A stretch of DNA of 64,000 nt from an uncultured Planctomycetota bacterium (GCA_963845755.1 CAWJTV010000033.1:256001-320000); one strand, 5' to 3'. Shown: positions 22,425 to 31,674, counted from the stretch's first letter. A program made the numbers and translations. Notes: generated by a model not told the origin, from the sequence alone.

Positions 22425-23351
22425 CTACGTGATCACCTCCGGCGTAATACACATCAGGGCGGGCGCGGCCTGACTCGTCTGCCCAGTCACAGGCGAGCTC
22501 GATGTCCATGTGCTACCGCCGTCGCCGGACGTGGTCACTTTCAGGTCGTTGCTGTTGTCGTTAGCGACATACGCCAGGACGAGAGTACCTCCGAGGTTGC
22601 CAAGGCCGGGAGCCATCTTGCTCGACTGCGTTCCAACCTTCACGGACGATGTCCAGGTGCTACCGCCGTCGCTGGAGGTGGTCACTTTCAGGTCGTTGCT
22701 GCTGTCGTTGGCGACATACGCCAGGACAAGCGTGCTTCCGAACACCACCAGGGCGGGAGCCATCTTGCTCGACTGTGTTCCAACCTTCACGGACGATGTC
22801 CAGGTGCTACCGCCGTCGCTGGAGGTAGTCACTTTCAGGTCGTTGCTGCTGTCGTTGGCGACATATGCCAGGACAAGCGTATTACCGACAATCGCCAGGG
22901 CGGGAGCCATCTTGCTCGACTGCCCCCCCGTAACAGGCGTGGATGAAGTCCAGGATCCGCCTAGATTATTTCCTGTTGTGACGAGCAGTCGATTCGAGCT
23001 GTCGTTCGCGACATAGACCAAGACGACCGCGCCGTCGCCGTCATCGAGTACGGCAAGGGCGGGCACCAGCTTGCTGGATTGCCCGCTGACGGCCAGGGGC
23101 GGCGTCCAGGTCGTGCCTTCGGGTTGGGTGGTCGTCATAAGGTCGTTCTTGTCGCTGTTTGCAACGTAGGCCAAGAACGCTCCATTCGTCGTATTGCAAA
23201 CCGCTGGCCCGGTCTTGCTCGACTGCCCAGGGATCGCTGAGCTTGGGCCCCACGGGCCAGTCGCCTCGGGGGAAGTTGAGAGCGTCGAGAGCAGGTCATT
23301 GCTGCTCTTTGCGAGGTAGAAAAGATATGTATCAAAGATGACATTCGCCAT
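22425..23351 (-). CDS. Six-repeat Asp-box beta-propeller protein, copy 2 (308 aa)
   Basis: Same 927-bp length and repeats as copy 1; tandem duplication with a 1303-bp offset. Confidence 0.9.
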   Translation of the reverse strand: MANVIFDTYLFYLAKSSNDLLSTLSTSPEATGPWGPSSAIPGQSSKTGPAVCNTTNGAFLAYVANSDKNDLMTTTQPEGTTWTPPLAVSGQSSKLVPALAVLDDGDGAVVLVYVANDSSNRLLVTTGNNLGGSWTSSTPVTGGQSSKMAPALAIVGNTLVLAYVANDSSNDLKVTTSSDGGSTWTSSVKVGTQSSKMAPALVVFGSTLVLAYVANDSSNDLKVTTSSDGGSTWTSSVKVGTQSSKMAPGLGNLGGTLVLAYVANDNSNDLKVTTSGDGGSTWTSSSPVTGQTSQAAPALMCITPEVIT

Positions 23352-23355
23352 GTGT

Positions 23356-23555
23356 CGCTCCTGGAGTTGATGGGTCCGCTGCCCGGACGGAATCAGGCCC
23401 TTGCCGCCATCGCGTCGCGGCCTGCTCGCACGAGCAAAAAAGTTATCTATCATTCATTACTCTATTTACCGGAAAACTTATGACGGTCGATTCTTTTCTC
23501 GATTCGATCTTCAGTTATGGTTGGATTGTCTATGCCTGCATCCGGAAGAGGCGAT
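23356..23555. promoter_or_regulatory. Divergent promoter/leader element, copy C
   Basis: Minus strand TAAG-N16-GTAA (23480-23457); aligns with copy B throughout. Confidence 0.75.
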
Positions 23556-23718
23556 TGGAGGCTCAGGCGCCCCCGGAGTCGATTCCGTTGCCGGCGCACC
23601 CTGGCGGAGCCCGAAAAGGCTTCAAAGCCGGCCATCACCGGATCGATTGTTGGCGAGCGTGATCCCGGGTACGCGACGCGCGAGTTTCAGGACCGGCGGA
23701 CCGGGCCCGTGCTGTCAG

Positions 23719-23823
23719 AGTCTGTTCCGGAAGTCCGGTTCCGGGCGAGCGGGGGGCGAGCCCCCTGCTTCTCGGACTCCGGACAGGGGGCTGACGCCCC
23801 CCGCTCGCCTTTTGGAACAGACT
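23719..23823. repeat. REP/MITE-like nested palindrome
   Basis: Outer AGTCTGTTCC/GGAACAGACT; inner GGCGAGCGGGGGGCG..AGCCCCCTG / CAGGGGGCTGACGCCCCCCGCTCGCC. Confidence 0.8.
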
Positions 23824-23871
23824 TCAGTCAGCCGGTCTGATACCTCGTCACCTTCTCCTGATGGACGGTGT

Positions 23872-25233
23872 TCATGCCCGCGCGGTCTTGCCGCGACGGC
23901 GAGCCAGGTAGAGGCCCACACCCGCAATGCCGACAGCGAATAGGACCAGTGAGGTGGGCTCGGGAACGGCCCCGGCCGGCGTGAACTCCCACACAGTGCC
24001 GTTGCCGTAGGCGCCGTCGAACCGAGTCGTACCGAAGATGTCGCCATTATTGCCGAGAAGCACGCCGCTATACGGGTTGCCTCCGTTGGTGGTGCCGTTG
24101 AACGAAGCGAGGACGGTGATCGTGTCCGAACCCGCCACGATTTCGTACAACGTGCCATGGCCGTAGGCGCCGCCGAGGTAAGTCGCTCCGAAGAGGTCAC
24201 CCTGACTGTCGAGAACGACGCCTACGGGGAATTCGCCAGTCCCGGGCAGGAACGAAGCGAGAGTGGTGATGGTGTGTGAACCCGCCGCGATTTCATACGC
24301 CGTACCGTAGCCGTAGGCCCCGCCGTTGAAAGTCGTACCGAATAGGTTGCCCTGACTGTCGAGAACCACTGGGCCGTAGGGGTTGCCACCGGTCGTCGGG
24401 CCGTTGAACGAGGCGAGGGTGGTGATGGTGTGCGAACCCGCCGCGATCTCGAACACCGTACCGCTTGTTCTGGCACCCGTGCCGTAGGCGCCGCCTGTGC
24501 TCGTCGTCCCAAAGATGTTGCCTTGAGCATCGACAACCACGCCGCTGTTGGGGAGGCCTCCGCCTGTGGTGCCGTTGAACGAAGCGAGGGTGGTGATGGT
24601 GTGCGAACCCGCCGCGATTTCGTACACCGTGCCGTAGCCGCCGTTAATAGTCCCGAAGGTGCCGCCGTACGTCGTCGTGCCGAAGATGTCGCCGTGAGCG
24701 TCGAAAACCACGCCGCCCGCCGGGCTGCTGCTGGCCGTGGGGCTGTTGTCAAAAGAGGCGATCGGTGTGAGGGTGCTCGTACCGGCCGCGATGGTGTAGA
24801 CCATCCCGACTCCGTTGGCGCCTCCAGTGGTAACCGCGCTGTAGAGGTTACCCTGACCGTCGAGAACCACGCCGTTGTTGTACGGGCCGCTGAGGAGCTG
24901 CGAGCCGTAGAAGGTCTGGAGGGGAGTGATGGTGTTCGAACCGGCCGCGATCTTGTACACCGTGCCGATGCCGTTGACGCTGCCGCCGGCGGCAGTTGTA
25001 CCGTAAAGGTCGCCCTGACTATCGAAAACTACCCCGCTGCTCGGGCTGCCGCCGGTCGGGGAGTCGGTGGCGAAAGAGGCAATGGTGGTGATCGACTGCG
25101 CCTCGGCGCGATCGGTCAGACAGGCGTTCCCGATCAAGGCGACGATCAACGAAACAAAGACCGCCAACGATCCTCGTTGACGCGTTGGTGGTTCGATCCC
25201 ATTCGTGATCACGCTCTTTAGCTCCTGGTGCAT
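23872..25233 (-). CDS. PEP-CTERM surface protein with choice-of-anchor tandem (GloVer-type) repeats
   Basis: Signal peptide ending AEA-QS; ~7 repeats VVxDxQGxLxGTTxxGGAxGxGTVxEIAAGSHTITTLASF; C-terminal VPEPTSLVLFAVGIAGVGLYLARRR. Confidence 0.93.
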   Translation of the reverse strand: MHQELKSVITNGIEPPTRQRGSLAVFVSLIVALIGNACLTDRAEAQSITTIASFATDSPTGGSPSSGVVFDSQGDLYGTTAAGGSVNGIGTVYKIAAGSNTITPLQTFYGSQLLSGPYNNGVVLDGQGNLYSAVTTGGANGVGMVYTIAAGTSTLTPIASFDNSPTASSSPAGGVVFDAHGDIFGTTTYGGTFGTINGGYGTVYEIAAGSHTITTLASFNGTTGGGLPNSGVVVDAQGNIFGTTSTGGAYGTGARTSGTVFEIAAGSHTITTLASFNGPTTGGNPYGPVVLDSQGNLFGTTFNGGAYGYGTAYEIAAGSHTITTLASFLPGTGEFPVGVVLDSQGDLFGATYLGGAYGHGTLYEIVAGSDTITVLASFNGTTNGGNPYSGVLLGNNGDIFGTTRFDGAYGNGTVWEFTPAGAVPEPTSLVLFAVGIAGVGLYLARRRGKTARA

Positions 25234-25401
25234 CGCTCGTTCGCTCCGAAAACGGTAAGAAAGGGCTTGGCGAGAGGCTTGGCGGCAGCCTCGACAAGGG
25301 CCAGTGCCTCGTCGGCGCGGTCCAGCCCCAGAAGCCAAGACACAACGCGGTTGCGCACCTTCGCTGTACCCCCGCACCAAAATTTCATTCACGACACCTT
25401 C

Positions 25402-25555
25402 GCCGCCAACTGGACGCGGCCTGCTCGCCCGAGCAAGCCGCCGCTCGTCTATGAGTCACTACTCGCGTCCCTCGAAAACCTAAGACGGCGGAAGTCCTTT
25501 TTTTGATTTCGGCTTCGGTTATGTTTTGATTCAGCAAGCTTGCATGAGGACGAGC
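25402..25555. promoter_or_regulatory. Divergent promoter/leader element, copy D
   Basis: Minus strand TAGG-N16-GTAG (25482-25459), then TGCTCG..CGAGCA and GCCGC..GCGGC hairpins, upstream of the PEP-CTERM gene. Confidence 0.7.
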
Positions 25556-25569
25556 CAATCGACCGCTCA

Positions 25570-25900
25570 GAATTCCAGGACGACCTGCTGGACAAGGCGA
25601 TGGCGCTCGTGCGGCGGTGAGTTGCCCCGCGGACGTGGGACACGTTCCGGCTGACGGCGATCGAATCGAAAGTTGCGGAATCTGCCAGCACACGCTTGAG
25701 GAGCCGACGTGTGCCGCGGCTTGCGACCTCGAGCCCGAGCGCGGCACCTGGATCACTCACTCCGCGGCCGGCCAGGCTCGACATGCGAGCCCCGAGCGCA
25801 CGCTATCGCTGACCTGCCGCGCCGTCGAGTTGGGGCCCCGAACGAGGCTATGTACCTCAACACACTCGGCATCGCTCAATACCGCGCGTTCCCTTTCGCG
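25570..25900 (+). pseudogene. Collapsed ECF sigma and kinase-TPR remnants
   Basis: EFQDDLLDKAMALVRR*VAPRTWDTFRLTAIE matches EFRRELMDQAMLRVRPRVAARTWDAFRLTALE of the 13581 ECF; then RAVELGP/NEAMYLNTLGIAQYRA, a typical kinase C-terminal TPR. Confidence 0.8.
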
Positions 25901-25975
25901 CAAGCGACCGAGGCTCTGCAACGAAGCCCCGCCGGGACCGAGAGTGGCTTGGAGCTGACCTTGGCATGGCCGAGA

Positions 25976-26109
25976 TAGGGCAGGAAAAGGGACAGGGCAG
26001 GAAAACGGGGAGGAAAACGGGGGGAGGAAAACGGGGACATAGCACATATCAACAAATATACGAAATCGGCTTCGACTCTAGGGCATCTGTCGATATTCGC
26101 GATGTCCCC
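25976..26109. repeat. Stuttered GGAAAACGGGG array followed by a REPIN-like inverted pair
   Basis: About 4 tandem AGGAAAA(C)GGG units; GGGGACATAGCACATATC (26033) pairs with GATATTCGCGATGTCCCC (ends 26109), 15/18. Confidence 0.75.
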
Positions 26110-26260
26110 AACTCGGTCCTTGGCGATGGAAGACGATAGCGGAGAATCGAGTGATCAAAGGGACATTGCTGATCGGCGCCAATCTTCCGCGAGTCTCTGG
26201 CAAGCGGGAAGGAAAGTCATCGTCAGATCAGCACTTCGAGGAAGGTCGGCGTCAGGAACC

Positions 26261-26354
26261 GTCGTTGTCGGAACCGCGTTTCGGGGAACCGTTGATAAAC
26301 CTGATCTAACACGGGAGTGAGTCATTGTCGGCTCCGCGTTTCGGGGAACCGTTG
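26261..26354. repeat. Two 34-bp direct repeats separated by 26 bp
   Basis: GTCGTTGTCGGAACCGCGTTTCGGGGAACCGTTG and GTCATTGTCGGCTCCGCGTTTCGGGGAACCGTTG (31/34). Confidence 0.8.
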
Positions 26355-26495
26355 GTGGGGGAAAGTTGAGGAGGATGATCCGACGCCGGATCGCCTCCCG
26401 GGCGATGTGAGCTCGCTTGCCCCCCATCTCAGGGCAGTGTTGCCGTTACAGCCAACCCGGGATGATACGTCACCATCAACCGGAGTCCATCGCCG

Positions 26496-28340
26496 ATGCC
26501 GGACGACTTGGTTCCTATCCACGGTTGTGCAAACGAACGCCGATTTGGGGACGTCGTATTCGTCCACGGGCTCAACGGCAATGCGCGCGAATACTGGTGC
26601 TACGAGGGTAAACGGGAGAATTACTGGCCCGCCTGGCTCGGCGAAGACCTGCCCGAAATCGGCATCTGGTCCCTGGGTTATGAGAACGCGGCCTTCAAGC
26701 CGAGGAAAGTTTCCTTCCTGGGCCGCTCCGGCTACCGGGGCTTTGCCATGCCGCTCTGGGACCGGGCCAAGAGTGTCCTGCTCCAGTTGGAGGTCGCAGG
26801 ACTTGGCGACCGCCCCCTGGTGTTCGTCACTCACAGCATGGGAGGCCTGCTCATCAAGCAATTGCTCAGCTCCGCGAACGAAAACTCCGCCCAGGGCCCT
26901 TGGCAAGCCATCATCGAGAATACGCGTGGCGTCTGCTTCATCGCGACGCCGCACATCGGCTCCGATCTCGCGAAATGGGCGTCCTATTTCCAGACATTCC
27001 TCGGCACCAACGTCTCCATCGAGGAATTAAGGCCCCACGACGCGATGCTGCGGCAACTGAATGAGATGTACCTCAACCTCGTGACGAGTAAAGGTAACAA
27101 GATCCAGACACTCTCGTTCTACGAGACGAAACCCTTATTCGGCGACACCCTCGTCGTCGCCGAGGGCGACGCCAATCCGAACGTCCCCCGGGCGGGACTT
27201 TACGCCCTGGGCGAGGACCACATCTCGATCTGCAAGCCTCGGTCGAAATCGTCGGCGATCCATAAAAAGCTGGTCGATTTTATAAAAAATGACTGCTTGA
27301 AACTCCCGGACGCCCCGGCGTCACAGACCGGCCAGATACCGCCCCCAGGAGAGACGACGTGGTCTCCGAGCCCCACACCGGTTCGTGAGACTCGGAAGCC
27401 CGCACTCCTGGTCTCCCTCATCGGAGTTGCCGCGGTCGCCTGCGTTCTCGTGGTGCTCGCGACACGCCACTTCGGACCCGCAAGCGGCCGGGCCGACCTT
27501 CCGAACCCGGCCGGCCCGCCGATTGCCATCGAGAAAGGCAAGGAGCCGGCCATCGAGCTCCCGAAGGTCCGGACGGAAATCGCCTCCAAGGCCACGGCCA
27601 GCACCGACGTGAAAAAACCGGGCCAGCTCACTCTCGGCGCCGTGGTCAAGGGTCGGGTCGACCCCATGTCCCGGACCAGCAAGTCCCATTACTGGCTCTA
27701 CGACTTGCCCGCCGGCAATTATAAAGCCGTCGCGGACATGGAGCGCAGCGACCGCGACAGCTCGAACATCCAGGCCACGTTGTTCTGGCTCAACCAGGAC
27801 GGCGGAGGCCAGCAGCTCCTCGGCCATTTCAACGACATCGACTATCGCGCGCGGCACACGTTCGCGTGCAGACTGGACGAACCGCGAAAGGGGATCATCC
27901 GCGTGGAATCGTCCGGGGCGATGATGGACTACGATTTCGGCCTCTTCGAGTTGACGGCCTCCGTGCCCGTACCGTTCTTCCGCAACGCCCCCAAGGTGAC
28001 TCCCATCCAACTCGAGCAATCCGTCACGTCTCCGCTTCTGGACAACACGTCTTGGAAGACCGATAGTGCGTACTACTCCTTGACGTTACCCGCCGGTGAT
28101 TACACGTGGTCGGTGGAAATGCGAAGGTTGGACGACAGGGTGTCGAATCTCCAGGGTGGCGTGTTCGCGCTAGACGAGGATGGCGTCATCACGGCGACCC
28201 TGGGTGGATTCAATGAGATCGACAGCCATACCGTCAAGTCATTTCCGATGGCTCTTTCTGAAGAGCAATTCATGATCCTGCGCGTCACGGGAGGACAGGT
28301 GAAGGCGACGATCAAGGTATCGCCGCAGCGCCAAGAATAG
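26496..28340 (+). CDS. SesB/SERAC1-like alpha/beta hydrolase - TM - two tandem beta-sandwich domains
   Basis: DVVFVHGLNG, WPAWLGED, FVTHSMGGLLIKQ, FIATPHIGS, FYET, DHISICKP; TM ALLVSLIGVAAVACVLVVLA; duplicated LPAGxY..SNxQ..LGxFNxID. Confidence 0.85.
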   Translation: MPDDLVPIHGCANERRFGDVVFVHGLNGNAREYWCYEGKRENYWPAWLGEDLPEIGIWSLGYENAAFKPRKVSFLGRSGYRGFAMPLWDRAKSVLLQLEVAGLGDRPLVFVTHSMGGLLIKQLLSSANENSAQGPWQAIIENTRGVCFIATPHIGSDLAKWASYFQTFLGTNVSIEELRPHDAMLRQLNEMYLNLVTSKGNKIQTLSFYETKPLFGDTLVVAEGDANPNVPRAGLYALGEDHISICKPRSKSSAIHKKLVDFIKNDCLKLPDAPASQTGQIPPPGETTWSPSPTPVRETRKPALLVSLIGVAAVACVLVVLATRHFGPASGRADLPNPAGPPIAIEKGKEPAIELPKVRTEIASKATASTDVKKPGQLTLGAVVKGRVDPMSRTSKSHYWLYDLPAGNYKAVADMERSDRDSSNIQATLFWLNQDGGGQQLLGHFNDIDYRARHTFACRLDEPRKGIIRVESSGAMMDYDFGLFELTASVPVPFFRNAPKVTPIQLEQSVTSPLLDNTSWKTDSAYYSLTLPAGDYTWSVEMRRLDDRVSNLQGGVFALDEDGVITATLGGFNEIDSHTVKSFPMALSEEQFMILRVTGGQVKATIKVSPQRQE

Positions 28341-28456
28341 ATTCATCGGCCACGAAACACCTCGATCGCGCCGGCGGACAAGAGCGTCGGTTTCAATGCC
28401 ATGCTCGCGAACCTGGCCTTCCCGGCCGACCCGTTCGCGCAAGGGCAATAAAGTAA

Positions 28457-29026
28457 ATGGGTGACATCGAATTCGTTCAACTGCTGTCCTCGCGCCTCAT
28501 CTTGAGGCGGCTTCGCGAATCGGACCTCTTGCGGTTCTGCGGCTATCGATCCGATCCTCGGGTCGCGCGATACCAGGACTGGGAATCCTGGTCGGAGGAG
28601 GAGGGACGTCGGTTCATCGAAGGGCAGACGACGCTCCATCCCGACGTACCGGGGACCTGGTTCCAGTTGGCGATCGAACTCGTGGAGACGGGGGAATTGA
28701 TCGGCGACTGCGGACTGCATACCCTCGCGGATCGGCCGGGCCAGGCGGAGATTGGGATCACGATGGCCTGCGAGCACCAGGGCCGAGGTTATGCGACCGA
28801 AGCGGTCAGTTGCCTACTCGATTATGTATTCAGGAGACTAGGAAAGCATCGCGTGATCGCCGTCGTCAACACGCGGAACACGCCCGCGGTGCGCCTGCTG
28901 GAGCGGGTCGGGATGCGGCGCGAGGGACACTTCATCGAGAACGTCTGGTTCAAGGGCGAGTGGGGGGATGAGTACCAGTACGCCATGCTCGAGCGAGAAT
29001 CGCGGGCGATGGCGACGTCTCAGTGA
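28457..29026 (+). CDS. RimJ/RimL family GNAT N-acetyltransferase
   Basis: RLILRR, YRSDPRVARYQ, LIGDCG, QGRGYATEA, LLERVGMRREGHF. Confidence 0.93.
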   Translation: MGDIEFVQLLSSRLILRRLRESDLLRFCGYRSDPRVARYQDWESWSEEEGRRFIEGQTTLHPDVPGTWFQLAIELVETGELIGDCGLHTLADRPGQAEIGITMACEHQGRGYATEAVSCLLDYVFRRLGKHRVIAVVNTRNTPAVRLLERVGMRREGHFIENVWFKGEWGDEYQYAMLERESRAMATSQ

Positions 29027-29249
29027 GGAGACGCTGCTTTGCGCGGCACACCTAAAGCCTCGATGACCTCAGCGTATTTCATCAGCAGGAAGTAGTTGCG
29101 CAGGCCGTAGCCGTGGTTCCGCACCGCCCTCTCCCAATAATCGTCCTGGTATGACTTCGGCGTGCTCGGGTGTACGCTGTCACTGCGCGAACAGAGTTGG
29201 CACATCGTCACACTCAAACATTCGGAAGGCAGCCGAGGGACAGGCCGCC

Positions 29250-29651
29250 TCATGGTTCCTGCGGGTACTCCTCCTTCGCCTGGCTGATCCGGAAGACGTG
29301 ACCGTCGGGATGCCGGACGTGCATCTCACGGACGCCCCAGGGCTCATCCGTCGGCGATATGGTGATCTCCAGGCCCTGCTCCAGGCAATCCCGATGCACC
29401 TAGACGACCCAGACCGACATCCAGACGCCCTTGTCGCCGTCATGGTCCCTCGTCGCCGCATGCTCGCTCTTGCCGCGGCCGCCCTGGCCGTTCTGGCACA
29501 GGAAGAGGGCGAACCTGCCTGAACCCACCGAGCCGAACGTAGGGGGTTCACCCCATTCCCAGAGCTTCTTCCAGCCCAGCTTCTCGAACCAGGCGAAGGT
29601 TTGCTGGATGTCCGAGACATTCCGGATCGGGTTGAGGTCCTTGGCGAGCAT
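29250..29651 (-). pseudogene. VOC/glyoxalase family protein with in-frame TAG at 29400-29402
   Basis: NVSDIQQTFAWFEKLGW..VWMSVWVV*VHRDC..DEPWGVREMHVRHPDGHVFRI; the usual 'DDVD' segment is missing at the stop. Confidence 0.8.
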
Positions 29652-29740
29652 GGCGGTTTCCCTGCAGAGGGGATTGCTGAATCCGACGACAATGGCGATG
29701 CCCAGCGAGTTTGCCTGACTTCCCCATGCCGATTGCCGAA

Positions 29741-30155
29741 TCAGCGAAGTTGCCCGTTGACGCGCAACTGCTTCTCCCGCAGCATCCCTCCCAACCAAGC
29801 CGGCGGCAGCGCGAGCACGACCAGCGATAGCGGATACCATTCGTGTCCGAGGGCCGGCGCCTGGTTCCACGTTGCCACGGCGCCCGCAATACTCACGATG
29901 AGTCCCAGCGTACCGAGGATCAGGGCGTGCCTCATGGGTCGATCGGGAGCAAGCCGGGCCGCGATGTATCCCCCGGCAATGGCGTAGGCCGTGCGATAGA
30001 TCGTGGCGAGAAGAAGCCTCCCATCGCCCATCGGCTGCCCGAGGGACGGGAAGACGCCGAGAGCGCCCAGTGCCACGTCGGTGCCGATCGAGAGAATGAT
30101 TACCGCCAGCACCCCGGCGAATATGGCCGCGATGCTTCGAAAGCGCCTGGCTCAT
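29741..30155 (-). CDS. Four-TM hypothetical membrane protein; 1-nt insertion near 30140
   Basis: AGGAGG RBS and ATG 30155; RSIAAIFAGVLAVIILSIGTD..GGYIAARLAPDRPMRHALILG..WYP. Confidence 0.8.
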
Positions 30156-30993
30156 GGCAGCCTCCTGCGTGATTCGTTGCCGGAAACCCGTCCCGTGAAT
30201 TGAAACGAGTTATCGGCAGATCATAAACTAGTGTACAGTAATAATCCAGAGGAATCAAGAAGGGAGGAGCGGGCGGGTATCGACCGCCGAGTTGCATCGA
30301 GTCAATGAGGCATGGTGTTCCATCGAGGACGAGGCCAGCGCATGCGAGCATGCCGGCGATTTCGGGCTGCGGTCATCGAGCAGTCGCGGTCGGTCTCTCA
30401 GTAGAACGACCACCGCGCGGCGATGGATCGCCGGATCAAGGCACGGTTGGGCTCGTAGATCGTCGGGGAGAAGTCGTATGCCACTCCCATCAGCGCCGTT
30501 GCAGTCTCCCGTCGAAAAAATTTATCCAGATTTTTTATGTCTCAGTTACATAAAGGGTTGCGCCGAGAGAAGGGGCCAATCTCACCGTAGGTGCATTTAC
30601 GCTTTTCCAAAGCTGCGGCATCCTAATAAGTAGTGGCCAGGTGTTAGTAGTCCGTGTTCCGCATTCCGGAAAGGCAAGACCTCGACATCGCTCGGATCTC
30701 CGCTTCGTCCCCCGGCATTTCCTGACGACGGACCACGGAGTCGCGATGCTGGAAAAGTTGCCAGGGAGTGCAAATCTCTGCCACCAGTTGGCTGCCCGAA
30801 GTCCAATCAGAAGAAGAGTTTACTTCAGAGCCACGTCATGCGTCCAACCAGCGGGTGTGCCACGCTGGCTCCGGGACAACTCAACCTCCGTCAGCGGATC
30901 GCGGAGATTCTGGGCGGTGATCCGGAAAACCGCTCGGCCAGGGCCTCGTGTCATGGTTTTCCTGGACCGCAGGGAACTCGATCCAAAACCGCG

Positions 30994-31543
30994 TTAGCCG
31001 ACCGCCTTGCCACACTGATTGCAGAACCGCGCGGCCGGGGTAAGGCTCGCACCACATCCCGGGCAGGACGGGTTCTCGAGTGCCGCCCCACACTGGCTGC
31101 AAAACTTGGCGCCCGCGGGATTGGAGGCATCACAACGAGCCGCAGGGAACGGTACCCGGATCGGATAGTCCATCTCCCCTGATCCCCGATGACATTCCGC
31201 GTCCCATCGCATGAGCCACGGTTTCGACCCCTCCCCGCGTTCCTTCGGCCATGGTGTTGAAGGTGTCTCTCGCCACGGGAGTGAGTTCCTCGGAGAGGTA
31301 CCGGAACGACTCGCCGAGATACGCAAGCCGGGTGAGAGCCAGTCCGACACCGATCATGGGCAAGCCGATAATCGCGGCCCAGAAGTATTTCGGCGGTTGA
31401 AAGGTCCCGAACGCCGAAAAGAAGCTGATCAGCCCGATCGCCGTCAGCACCACCCCGAGGACCACCACCGGGAGACCAAATAGGCGTAGGCCAGCTCGGA
31501 CCTTGTCGTGATGAGAATCGATGATGGGCGGAAGCTTTTGCAT
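30994..31543 (-). CDS. Two-TM protein with C-terminal double zinc ribbon; frameshift near 31140
   Basis: TM segments in ORF 31130..31543; CARC..AKFCSQCG..CPGCG..ARFCNQCG in ORF 30994..31350. Confidence 0.85.
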
Positions 31544-31674
31544 GGGTGTATCGACCTTTCACGGTTGGAACCTCAGGTAGTTCGGCTCGTGCGGGACGAT
31601 CTTAAGGCTGCTACAATCCGCTAGTGGAACTGGAGCCACGTTCTCGATTGTCAATCTTAATCGGATCGTTGAAG

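Noticed and set aside
21200..22930. Regular 138-bp repeats as a CRISPR array
   Set aside because: They are in-frame coding repeats of propeller blades, far longer than CRISPR repeats, and no cas genes are present.
21122..23351. DGR template/variable repeat pair
   Set aside because: Both copies are full genes, differences are not confined to adenines and there is no RT.
26261..26354. Mini CRISPR array
   Set aside because: Only two repeats, short spacer, no typical terminal motif or cas genes; kept only as an unexplained repeat.
29020..29253. Short minus-strand ORF (SYQDDYWERAVRNHGYGLRNYF)
   Set aside because: Possibly a gene fragment, but I cannot assign a start or family.
29400..29402. In-frame TAG as pyrrolysine or stop-codon readthrough
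   Set aside because: Conserved residues are missing at the same spot, so a small deletion explains it; other genes here end normally at TAG.
30180..30900. Long intergenic region as an ncRNA or riboswitch
   Set aside because: AT-rich promoter-like tracts only; no recognisable RNA motif or repeat.
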